Below are positions 40,041 through 51,322 of a DNA stretch of 64,000 bases, one piece after another. The notes beneath the pieces were generated by a model. That model saw nothing but the letters and a program-made list of their open reading frames with translations. It was not told the DNA's origin and made no database searches. Within the stretch, counting starts at the first letter, position 1; each line of letters begins with the position of its first letter. The translations under genes were made by a program, and so were the position numbers. The DNA is from Eledone cirrhosa. Taxonomy: Eukaryota. The stretch spans positions 178,188,001 through 178,252,000 of the forward strand of contig OZ024741.1 in NCBI GenBank assembly GCA_964016885.1. Reading direction: 5' to 3'.

Positions 40041-42830
40041 TAAATAAGGCCTTCTCATATGCTTATAAGCATACTGATCTAACCACAAATGAAATAGATA
40101 TAATTTTAACTGCCAGAGGAACTCTCATTAACTTCAATAACGAATTTTGGACACGCTCAGATAGAGATAGAAACTTTGATATCACTATGGGGGCATCTGA
40201 TTCAGCGCAAATCACAGATCTTCTGGGAATGTTCATATTAAACATGATAAATAGAAAACTGCCGGAGATTACCGGTGGTTTATATAGAGATGACATTTTA
40301 TTTACGGTGGTCAAACACAACAATATAGAATTAAATAGAGTTAAGAAAAGTATAATAGAATTCTTTAAAACGTACGACCTTAAATTAGAAGTAGAAAATG
40401 GTACCAAAATAGTTAATTTCCTTGACGTTACCTTTAACTTAAATACTGGCTTCTATTACCCTTTTCATAAGCATAATGAAAACTTAAATTATGTTAGTAA
40501 CTACTCAAATAACCCTAGATCTGTAAAAAAAAAAAGCTATAGTAAATAGTGTGCAAAAACATATTAATAAAATATCAGCTAATAAAGATATATTTGATAA
40601 AAATGCTGAACCCTACAACAACCCGTTAAAAAGAGCAGGATATATAGAATATGTAGATAATAATAATCCAGGTATTATTCCTAATAACAAAAATAACATA
40701 TATAAGAGAAACTCTAATAATTATAATTCAAACACACATACGCTAAATAAATCGAGAATACGAACTAGATCTAAACCAGTCATATGGTTTGTACCCCCTC
40801 CTTCGGTCGCAGTTAAAACCCCAATCGCAAAACTATTCTTTAAAGCTCTTGACACCTCTTTCCCTACTCAACATAAATACCATTCCATTTTTAATAGACA
40901 TACCATTAAATTCTCGTATTCTACAACCAGTAACATGGCCGAAAAAACGCCAAATTAAACGCCAAAATCCTAAAACCAAACCAATATAATAATCATAATA
41001 ATAGAGTTAACATTAATGATACTAAACCAAAATGTAATTGTAGAAATAAAACTAATTGCCCTTTGCAAAATAATTGTTTAGATAGTAATTTGGTTTATAA
41101 ATGCACCGTAAAAACTGATCACAAAACATACAATTACATTGGATCGACCTCGTCCACATTCAAAGCGCGTTTTGCGAACCATAAATGCTCATTCTCGAAC
41201 TCTAAGAAGAAATCATCCACGTCTTTATCACAGCTTATATGGTCTTTAAAAGAGAAGAATTTAAAATACTCAACTCTTTGGACAAAACTTCGGAACTGTG
41301 GAATTTACCGCAACTCTAGTATATCAAATAACTGCCCGTTCTGTACAATGGAGACCCTGTTGATTATTAATAACTATGAGACCCTAATTAACAAAAAAAG
41401 TGAACTATTCTCTAGTTGCCTCCATAAAGCTACGTCCACTTTTTTAGCCTCACATAAAACGAGAAAGAAAGAAACAATAACACCAAACCAATAATTACTT
41501 GGTTACCAGGAATATATAATCAGCAGTAAAAAAACATTAATGGCCTTTAATATTGCTTTATTTTATAACTATCTATAGAAGAAACAACGCTAGAATGAAT
41601 GGTACTTGTTCAATAACATGCCTAAACATTGATACACACAACATTTATAATATAATGTATTATAATAAGTATGTAGTTATATATTATATTTTATATATTT
41701 TTTAATATTTTTAAATATACCTACCACATTTCTATATATATGATTCAAATATAGAGAAAATATCCAACCTAAAAATTATTATAGACATTATTTTGAACTC
41801 TGAATTAGCCATACACTCATTGTTGTTTTTGTTATATATATATATATATATGTATTTAAATGTAACACGTTGAACTATACCTTATAAAATTATAACTGTT
41901 ATCATTTACCTAATATATATATCTATATATATATACCTCCCTGTATCTAATAATATATTGATATCTTGAAGCATAATTAGTGCATTTACACCCAACTATA
42001 CATAGGTATATATTTATCCTTAACATCCTTCAATCTATTATCTTATTTTATCTTTATCTTCGTCGTTATTATTTACCTTAAACATACTGGCTCATTAATA
42101 TATACCTATATACATAATAGTTATTTAAATATTTATAACAATAAGTACTTCAAAAGCTTTACATACCTAATATGTTGGTATATTTGTTAAAGTTTGAATT
42201 TAGGTAAATAATCAACAGTATATTATTTCACTCTTTATGTGCCAGCTAAATCCTTTAAATGTTACCCTCATAAAATTCAGAAGTTTAGAAATGACAACAC
42301 ACTTATCGAATTTAAAAAATAATATATAAATAACCAGCAAATTATCCTGAAATCTGGAGTCTTCACCCTAATATTATAAATTAAATATTTTCAAATTTAA
42401 CCGTTTAACTTTCGGAACAAATCTCCTTCTGCATATATCCCCCCCCCCCACCTTATCTTTCCCTCTTTATAAATCCTTTTCCAATGGCAATCACTGGCTG
42501 TTATGATTCATGAGACGTTTTCCTAGATATATTGTAGTATCATACACTTTAAAACTTTTAGAACAGTTACATTATGCAACGTTTTTTCTTACTCACACAT
42601 TCGCTAATGAATTTATTACGTTTTCGCATTTCCTCATAGATAGGCTATATAAGTAAAATTTTCTCTTGGGTTAATCACTCGCTTGATTAAATCTTAACCA
42701 TTTAACATCTCAGAGTATGTCATGTATCATTATATGTTGTCTGATGAGGACGTACTGTTGTACATCCGAAATATGTATAATAAAATGTAATTGATCAAAA
42801 GAACATCTATTTTATTAATATTTATACATA
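40041..42830 (+). mobile_element. 5'-truncated Penelope-like retroelement (Naiad-type RT-thumb-GIY-YIG), frameshifted, with a long AT-rich 3' region
   Basis: FDITMGASDSAQITDLLG, GLYRDD, VNFLDVTFNL, SNNP, IWFVPP, CNCRNKTNCPLQNNC (CxCx5Cx5C), LVYKC..YIGST..FKARFANH, CPFC..CLH. The 3' limit is inferred from the hammerhead at 42726. Confidence 0.88.
42726..42795 (+). ncRNA. minimal type-I hammerhead ribozyme, core intact
   Basis: ATCATTATATGTTGT-CTGATGA-GGACGTAC-tgtt-GTACATCC-GAA-ATATGTAT-A-ATAAAATGTAATTGAT. Long stem I, 8-position stem II, self-complementary stem III. Confidence 0.85.
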
Positions 42831-42890
42831 TATATATATATATATTTTTTTTAAATATTAACAAATGAAAAATATTTACATAATCAAAAT

Positions 42891-42962
42891 ATATGCTTTA
42901 TTATATATATTTCAAAGGTACTGTGTTTTTTTTTTCAGTACGTCCTCATCAGATAAAATATA
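42891..42962 (-). ncRNA. minimal hammerhead ribozyme (left arm)
   Basis: Reverse complement: ATATTTTAT-CTGATGA-GGACGTACTG-(A)nCA-CAGTACCTTT-GAA-ATATATAT-A-ATAAAGCAT. Confidence 0.8.
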
Positions 42963-43065
42963 TGATTTGATATATTACATACCGCTACGGACTTGATTAT
43001 ACAATTCCTCTGCTAATACTGGAATTGTATGATCAAGACCGTAGCGGTATGTCATATATCAAATC

Positions 43066-43137
43066 ATATATTTTATCTGATGAGGGCGCACTGAAAAAAA
43101 AACACAGTACCTTTGAAATATATGTAATAAAGCATAT
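43066..43137 (+). ncRNA. minimal hammerhead ribozyme (right arm)
   Basis: TTTTAT-CTGATGA-GGGCGCACTG..CAGTACCTTT-GAA-ATATATGT-A-ATAAAG. Confidence 0.78.
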
Positions 43138-43353
43138 ATTTTTATTATGTGAATAACTTTCATTTGTTAATATTTTGAATATTAGAAACTCCAGGAAAAC
43201 TTTTTTGTTGAGTGCTTTTAATCTATTGAAAAATTGTATTCATTGAGTAATCATCGAACCATATTAATCTTTGCTATATATATATATAAGGAAAAAAGAG
43301 GAAATCGTAAATGGAAATGGAGTCTTTTTTTTTAAATATATATTTATTTGGTA

Positions 43354-43391
43354 ACTTTACCGGTTTCGCAGTTCTTCTGCTTTTCAAAAGT
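43354..43391 (-). ncRNA. 38-nt minimal hammerhead with U3-A8 core covariation
   Basis: Reverse complement: ACTT-TTGAAAA-GCAG-aagaa-CTGC-GAA-ACCGGT-A-AAGT, followed by AAATAAA. Confidence 0.82.
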
Positions 43392-43419
43392 AGAATTGAG
43401 ATGGAGGGTTTGTGGTTTT

Positions 43420-44600
43420 TCTGATATATACATATGAAAAGAAACCCAAGAATGAACAATATCCTCCAAACAGAAAACATCATAAAGAGCAAAAGACAAC
43501 CCAAATCCATAAAAAAACATCCTCACACAAGCCAAAATCCAACAAACCCTCACAATGAACCCTACAGTAACAAAATGCGGAAGGCCCAACTGTGGCATAT
43601 GCATAAATCTAATAGAAGGTTCAACATCTAATAGAAGGTTAAACAAGGACAACGTTTCACAGTTAAACACAACTTTACATGTGCATCTGTAAACCTTATC
43701 TATGTGTTGACCTGCTCAGGTTGTCAAGAGCACTACATAGGACAGACAAAAACAGCTTCCGTCAACGTATGACCGTCCATAAATCACAAATTAAAATACA
43801 AGAATACAGAAAGATTGCATTTAGTGAACATCCAAACTTTAAAATTTTCCCCATTTACAAATTCATAGACGCTACTTTCATCCAAAGTACCAATAAGGAA
43901 ACACATTTCATTAATAAATTTCAACCACTACTCAATGCCCTAAAAATCGAACCAATCTAAAACTGCAACAAACCATCAAACATTTACAAGAGCTTCCTCC
44001 CTCACACCCTACCTAATCCTTTTTCTTAAATAAATTAAATATCACCAGCAAGAATTGCTTCCGCCTGCATATTAACTCTCTAAAAAAGGGAAATCATATC
44101 AAACCACAATCCACTATTTGCCTCTTTCACGGAACCATGGTTCAACTAAACACTCTTGCGATATTAACACATTTTCAACTGCTTAACTTCAATGACTGTG
44201 CTTGTAAATAACATTATTTTTTCTTCCACGTTGACTTTTTACGTTCCACATTATGCATGTTTCTTTTTCCTTTTTCCTTTTTCTTTTCACTTCTTAAACT
44301 TTGTTTGTATATAACATTATTCTTTCTGCACCTTCTGTTTAACATATGCGACACCACACTAATACATTCCACTATCATTTGATAATGCATATAAATGATG
44401 AAACCGGTAATAGACAATAATTAATATATAGATAAATAAATGCCATTGTTAAATAATAAATAAATCAACTAATACCTTAACACTTCACACAAAGTAAAAC
44501 ATTTCGTTTTAATCATTTTCTAACCCAGAAAAAAGAGAGAGAGAAACAAAAAAGGAAAACAATTTATTTTTCTTCCTCATAATCGTCTCTTTCTCTCTGT

Positions 44601-44605
<5 letters not shown>
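43420..44605 (+). mobile_element. Penelope-like element 3' fragment (Neptune/Nematis-type GIY-YIG endonuclease plus 3' repeat)
   Basis: KSKRQPKSIKK, KCGRPNCGIC, NLIYVLTCSGCQEHYIGQTK, FRQRMTVHKSQI, KETHFINKFQPLLN across frameshifts. Confidence 0.85.
44372..44415 (+). ncRNA. degenerate minimal hammerhead (U3-A8 type) in the PLE 3' repeat
   Basis: TTGATAA-T-GCAT-ataa-ATGA-T-GAA-ACCGGT-A-ATAG; stem I is weak. Confidence 0.55.
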
Positions 44606-44676
<71 letters not shown>

Positions 44677-44683
44677 ATATATG

Positions 44684-44770
<87 letters not shown>

Positions 44771-44772
44771 GC

Positions 44773-44870
<98 letters not shown>

Positions 44871-45169
44871 GTGTGATGGGTGCCTCCTCGTTATCGAGTA
44901 TAGCCATTGCACGATATACCATTATTAATAATTATTAATTCTATCGTGAAATGTATTTGCGTGAAGACATTTTATAAAGTGAGGAAAGACTGTGCACTGA
45001 GCCAATCCCACTCCCTGAGCGACAGTAGCTATAACTTAAAAAGAAGAAAAGATCAACATCATTGGTAACTATTGAGCCGCAGGTTTTATAGCGGGGTTAT
45101 CCCAGTTTCCTGTGTTACCTTCTCCTAGAAGAATGCCCTGACAAAGGCTAGGGGTTCTTCACTCAAAGT

Positions 45170-45226
<57 letters not shown>

Positions 45227-45310
45227 GCATATATGTATTACAGGTATTTCATTTTATAAACCGAAGATGTACACAGAGAACCGTCTTCCTTATTAATAAT
45301 ATATATATAT

Positions 45311-45625
45311 AATGGCGATGAATTAGTTTTGCGAGGTTTTTTATATGAAATCGTGTGTTGAAAGAAATATTGTTATACTTGGAGAGGGTCATATTTGTGT
45401 AATATTGCCAGAATTAATAACAGAAGACACTCACTGTTTGGTTGGTTTTCGCTTTTCGCTTCAGTGTCCTTTATATCGGTAATCTAATTCATTCGGTCCT
45501 CAATGTTGCCATTGACTGACCAACGGTCAAATATACAGATACAAAATACAGATACAAACACATATATATAGTTATCAAAGTTCTTTCGTTGCACCTCTGC
45601 AACATCGTCAGTGGTGCTATTGTTT
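45311..45625 (-). mobile_element. repeat family A copy with a hammerhead-like core at 45571-45620
   Basis: Matches 27895-28095. Reverse complement core: CTGACGA-T-GTTGCA-gagg-TGCAAC-GAAA. Confidence 0.75.
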
Positions 45626-45752
45626 CCTCCCGTTCCATTGTATTTCCTACGCCATCTTTATTTATTCTACTTTTCTATTGGTCAATTCAAAACCTGTTCT
45701 CAAACAGACCTTTTATATTAAATCTTTGTTTGTTTTTTTCAATAAACACATC

Positions 45753-45888
45753 TCATCATTTCTGAGGACGGCTTGTATATGTGAAGGTATGTATATTTCC
45801 TCTGATAATTTGTAATATTTTTACATAGATCTATATGATATACATACCAACACACATATACATCCCAGAAACGATCGTAAAATACTGA
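45753..45888 (+). ncRNA. hammerhead motif with a ~100-nt stem II region
   Basis: TCATCATTT-CTGAGGA-CGG..GTATATGTG..GGTATGTATAT...ATATACATACC..CACATATAC..CCCA-GAA-ACGATCGT-A-AAATACTGA. Confidence 0.7.
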
Positions 45889-45954
45889 ATTTTTTTAATA
45901 TAAGGAACTTGTTCTTTGTTTTTATTTCACTTTTTTATTAATTTATATATATAT

Positions 45955-45998
<44 letters not shown>

Positions 45999-46028
45999 TA
46001 TATATATATATATGAATATATATATATG

Positions 46029-46104
<76 letters not shown>

Positions 46105-46126
46105 TGCACACATATATATATATATG

Positions 46127-46168
<42 letters not shown>

Positions 46169-46214
46169 AAGGAAAAGCGAAGTAGTTTCAGATGTTCAAG
46201 TCCTTTAATAATAC

Positions 46215-46400
46215 ATGTTTCTACTTTAGGCACAAGGCCAGCAATTACCCAGTGTATTAGTGGTACTTTATTTTATCGATCCCGTAAGGATGAAAGGCAA
46301 AGTTAACCTCGGTGGGATTTGAACTCACACTGGAAAGGGACGTAACTATGCTAGAAAGCATGGCGTCCGACCCTCTACCGATACTGCCAATCCACCACCA
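46215..46400 (-). mobile_element. tRNA-derived SINE
   Basis: Near-identical to 37313-37490. Confidence 0.9.
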
Positions 46401-46412
46401 TTTAATAATAAT

Positions 46413-46486
46413 GCTGTGATATATATTTCAATGACGACACTGGCCACACTGTTCTGTGTGCGAGTGTCGTGACATCATCAGACAGC
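46413..46486 (-). ncRNA. minimal hammerhead ribozyme, core intact
   Basis: Reverse complement: GCTGT-CTGATGA-TGTC-ACGACACT..CACAC..GTGTG..AGTGTCGT-CATT-GAA-ATATATAT-C-ACAGC. Perfect 5-bp stem I. Confidence 0.8.
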
Positions 46487-47571
46487 TTGTTATGTTTCCG
46501 AGGCAATCGAAATTGAATTGAGATGGGAACGGATGAAGTGCGTGCTTTTGGGTTTTTCATCCGTTCCCCTGTGAGTACCAATCCACCCCCACCGGTCTGC
46601 GCAGGCGCATGTCCGAAGGAAGTTGACCATTAGCTACCGCAGATTTCAACGAAATTCGCTTAGTCAGTTCACCCTCTCAGCCACACAATGGCCCACCTAG
46701 GCCTGTACCATAGTTTACTGCTACCCACCCGACTGTGGCAGTCAGCCGAAAGCCAGAGGGGATGGGAGAGTGTTAGTTTTTACAGGTCATAATACTACCT
46801 CTCACCAAGCGTGGACAGTACGACTGACCATCAACTCATAAGGGAAAATAAACTTCATTCTAGGTATCATGGCTTTACATTGGAAGTTAAGAGTGAGAGT
46901 TGGAAATAAAAATTAGAATCCTAAATCAAACATCAGAAATTATAAATTAAACAATTAAAAAATTAACAATTAGAAATTAAAAGTTAAAAAATGTTTCAAG
47001 TGAGATTTCGGATTGAGGTGAGTAAAAAATATAGATTGAAGTGAGTAAATAATATGGAGAGAGATGTTTAAGTAAGAAGTTCTGAGAGGGGTTCTAGTGT
47101 CACAGTTACTCTATCCACATATTGAACGACAGTGTCGTACATTAGAATGGAGGGTAAGATACAGTATTCAAGGCATTAGTCAATCTGGTACACAGTCATA
47201 ATTTCCATCACATGGAACAAAACCAAAGAAAAACAGACATAAAGTACACAAAAGAAAAGAACCAATAATAAATAAATGCAAAAACACAGATTACATATAT
47301 GCAAAATGATACATATGATTGTCAATCTGTCAATGTATAGATTGAATTGAGGGGGCTTCTGTTCAAATGCGATTTGGTGCAGGAAAATAGGGCTTTATCT
47401 TATTTTTTGTTTCCGCGTATTTATCCTGCCGAAAGTTACTATTATGTCCGTCCAGTTTCAGGGGTTTCCATCCCCATGGTAGAGGTAATTTCCGGGGCAG
47501 CTCATGGTTGGTTCCTCTCTTCTCCACCATATCGGTTACATCATAGAGCGCTCAATAAATATATATATATA

Positions 47572-48358
47572 TATATTCCTTGTTCGATCGTTATACAAAA
47601 AGCTTATATTTTTAAGCAGACTGTATTTTGATTTAGGTGTCACAGAATCCCTACATCGGATTTTAACAGCAATTCCGGGAGTCCAGGTTTGGTTATTACT
47701 CATTTGTTATCATTTATTTTATTTTGACCTGTTTAGCTTGATATGGTTTTTGGCTTGGGTGGTTAATGCTTTCTTGACGACCTTTTCAGTGTTGTATGGC
47801 TTCTTAACACATTGTTTAGCTCTGGTTTTTAACTATTGAGCTCTTTGCTAGTATCATTTCTGATTTTTGATTTTCGCTTCGCTTTTCCTGCCCACCGAAA
47901 ATGCGATTCTCGCTGAATCTTTATTTGTATTAATCTCCCGTGTCTTACAATTAACTTGTTAATAATTTCTATTGACAGGTTAATTGTATAAGTTTATTTT
48001 AAACTACTCGGTTGAGAACGTATTTGATGTGTGCTATTTATGCTATTTTTCGCATGATTTACACCAACTGAATTACTTTACCCAAATCTGGGGTTATTCC
48101 CCTTGTAATTTCCACACGTGGTTTAACTTACCACCGTGTCATTTACTTATTTGGTACAGAGTGAAATACATGTTGATAACGTGATATTCCTTGTTCGATC
48201 GTTATACACAAAGCTTATATTTTTAAGCAGACTGTATTTTGATTTAGGTGTCACAGAAACTTTACATCGGATTTTAACAGCAATTCCGGGAGTCCAGGTC
48301 TGTTTATCACTTATTTTTTATCATTTATTTTGTTTTGACCTGTTTAGCTTGATTTGTA
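47572..48358. repeat. direct repeat of ~170 bp (47572-47745 / 48184-48355), period ~610; a diverged inverted relative lies at 49995-50225
   Basis: ATATTCCTTGTTCGATCGTTATAC...GACCTGTTTAGCTTGAT occurs twice. Confidence 0.88.
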
Positions 48359-48451
48359 AAAGTATTTGATATACATAAATATATATATATACACAGCACA
48401 CATAACACTATACACACACGCAAACGCATGCGCAATGAAGACAAAATAAAA

Positions 48452-48517
<66 letters not shown>

Positions 48518-48679
48518 AATATATATATATACACAGCACATATAACACTATACACACACGCAAACGCATGCGCAAAGAAGACAAAATAAAATAAACAAAC
48601 AAGCAAATAAATAAATATATAGACAGACTGAATAAAAAATGGCGTAGACATACAACACAACAGGAGGAAAAAAATATAT

Positions 48680-48932
48680 ATATAACACCACTGACGATGT
48701 TGCAGATGTGCAACGAAAGATTTATGTAAATTATGTAAACTATATATATGTGTTTGTGTCTATATTGTATCTGTATTATTTTTGACCGTCGGTCAGTCAA
48801 TGGCAACATTGAGGACCGAGTAAGTTAGATCGCAGATATAAAAGACAGCGAGAAGCGAAAACCAACCAAACAGTGAGTGTGTTCTGTTATTAATTCTGGC
48901 AATATTACGCAAATATGACCCTCCCCAAGTAT

Positions 48933-48940
<8 letters not shown>
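48680..48940 (+). mobile_element. repeat family A copy with a hammerhead-like core at 48683-48730
   Basis: Reverse complement of 45370-45620; core CTGACGA-T-GTTGCA-gatg-TGCAAC-GAAA; ends in (AT)n. Confidence 0.75.
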
Positions 48941-49028
<88 letters not shown>

Positions 49029-49054
49029 TTATGTATGTATATATATATGTATGC

Positions 49055-49168
49055 GTTAGGCAGTCCCTTCCATTACGGAACCCATGTTGGTTGGAGTTCA
49101 GCAGGCCGTTGCTTTCAAGAAAGTGGGTTATTCGTGATCTCACCACCCTCTCAAATACTTTTACAATT
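49055..49168 (-). pseudogene. short CR1/L2/Jockey-group LINE RT fragment
   Basis: [38 protein letters not shown] matches the KxFE...QHGFRxxRSC motif. Confidence 0.75.
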
Positions 49169-49482
49169 GACATATACTTAGATATATCAAGCATGAACGG
49201 GAGTAAGTTTGTAAAAGTATATAAGAAAATATATCTAATTCCAAAAGTAGGCATATTTAAATCGTAACTACCTGAAATTCAGTAACTATTCATATTCTTG
49301 CATACATATTCTATTATTACTTAAAAATATGTTTCAATAATTAAATGGCAAATACATATCCTAAACTAAAGAAAAAACGCACCTGGTTCAAATCAATTGA
49401 AATATACCACCGTTTGGAATTAGATATATTTCTTACATCCTTTTGCAAAAATTCTCCTTGATATAATTAAGTGTATGTCAAT
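49166..49482. repeat. diverged fold-back (arms 49166-49262 / 49396-49482)
   Basis: ATTGACATATACTTA..AAGAAAATATATCTAATTCCAAA is mirrored by TTTGGAATTAGATATATTTCTT..TAAGTGTATGTCAAT. Confidence 0.75.
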
Positions 49483-50228
49483 AGCTTTTTTTTATTTTAT
49501 AATAAATGTTCGGATCTATTCTTTAGAGTTGTTTTACAGATGATGTATGGCGCTTGTCTGAGAAAACACTTTTTTAGATTAGACACCCTTATCATTGTTA
49601 GTAATATAAATATTATCATAAATATATTTTTAGTATAGCTTATATAGTTGAAAGATTTTGACTGCTATTTCTAGCTATCAATATATCTTTCACCCTACCG
49701 AGACAATATTAGATGTAGTGATTTGAACTATGTGCGTTTCTCTTCATTTTCGGATTCGTATCTAGACATGTGAGCACATAGATCTATCAACCTCTCATTG
49801 ATGATCTATCGATTGGCTATTGAACTCCGTCATTTAATTGGTGAAACATATTCTTATGCATTTCATTTTTTTTTTCTAATTTATAAATGCTCGGATTTAT
49901 TCCTTACAACTTCTTTACAGGTGAAATAGTGCTTGTCTAAAAATATGTTTTTACATCCTTATTATCTTTAGTAATATATATATATATATAAATATAAATT
50001 TAGCGAGAATCGCATTTGAGCGGGTAGAAATTAGCGAAACGCAACTTCCGTAATGTGTAGACAAGCGCTCCATGGATATGAAGAGGATACCAGAGTTATA
50101 AACATAAGTCAAAAAGGTGATACAAACTGAGACGATGGTTAAGAAGCCATTAACCACCAGAGCCAAATAAGCGAACAAGCTAAACGGGTCAAACAAAATA
50201 AGATATGATTGAAATAGTTACCCGTATA

Positions 50229-51239
50229 TATATACTATAAAGTATGTCCATAGAATCATTTGACATATACAGCATTTCCTCTCCCAATTAGCATAATTAA
50301 CCATACAAAAACCCAATTAGACCAGGCTATAAGATTAAAAGGCACCTATGAAGAAATAGTAGATAAATAAACGACAGCAATCTCTTCGCGACCAACCGCC
50401 ATAGAATATTTACCCATCATTTCAACAGCACGTGGAAATCGATTAAATATACCGTCAACCATACACAATTAGGTATAAAATTAAAGTTAGAAGAAGAAAT
50501 GCATATACACATACCAGGATTACGTTTGTACCCTAGGGTTTCGTTCGCTTTCGGAAATATCCTATTAAGGATAAAATCTCGAGCTTCGAACTCATCAGGC
50601 TACAAACTCATTTGGACAAAGGATTTTCTTAAGTGATATCCGCCAGAAACGAATTCAAAGTGGCTAAGAACTGTGACATGGCAGTGGTCAAGTCAGAAAG
50701 AATGTGATTGGTTACTTACGGTGAGTGGACTGGTTGCTAGAAAGCGCAGCCCAGTATTGCCCAAATTGCATCTCAACTTTATGGGAGATTATTAAATATA
50801 AAGATTTACATATACACAACCTAGACAAAGTCACAGATATATATGTGTTGGCAACCATTCACGATGTGGCTCAATGATGAATTAATAAATTAAATAATCC
50901 GAGCAATATACTATAAAGTATATCCATAGAATCATTTGACAATATATATACACCATTTCCTCTCCCAATTAGCATAATTAACCATACAAAAAACCAGTTA
51001 GACCAGGCTATAAGATTAAAAGGCACCTATGAAGAAATAGTATATAAATAAACGACAGCAATCTCTTCGCGACCAACCGCCATAGAGTATTTACCCATCA
51101 CTTCAACAGCACGTGGAAATCGATTGAATCTACCATCAACCATACAGAATTAGGTATAAAATTAAATTAGAAGAAAAAATGCATATACACATACCAAGTT
51201 TACGTTTCTAGCCTAGGGTTCGTTCGCTTTCGGAAATAT

Positions 51240-51243
<4 letters not shown>
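50229..51243. repeat. direct repeat of ~335 bp (50229-50565 / 50905-51243), period ~680, ending in (AT)n
   Basis: ATATACTATAAAGTAT..CATAGAATCATTTGAC...TTCGGAAATATCCTAT occurs twice. Confidence 0.92.

Positions 51244-51322
<79 letters not shown>

Larger units (their letters stand above)
42853..43175. repeat. fold-back element with ~155-bp arms, a 12-nt loop and a hammerhead in each arm
   Basis: 42853-43008 is the reverse complement of 43021-43175 with several mismatches. Confidence 0.93.

Noticed and set aside
41595-41640. Possible SECIS (ATGAA..AA..TGAT) after the Naiad ORF
   Set aside because: The helix pairs poorly and no in-frame TGA replaces a Cys in the ORF.
50570-50610. Minus-strand CTGATGAG..CGAGA hammerhead-like core
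   Set aside because: No GAAA and no convincing stems I or III.
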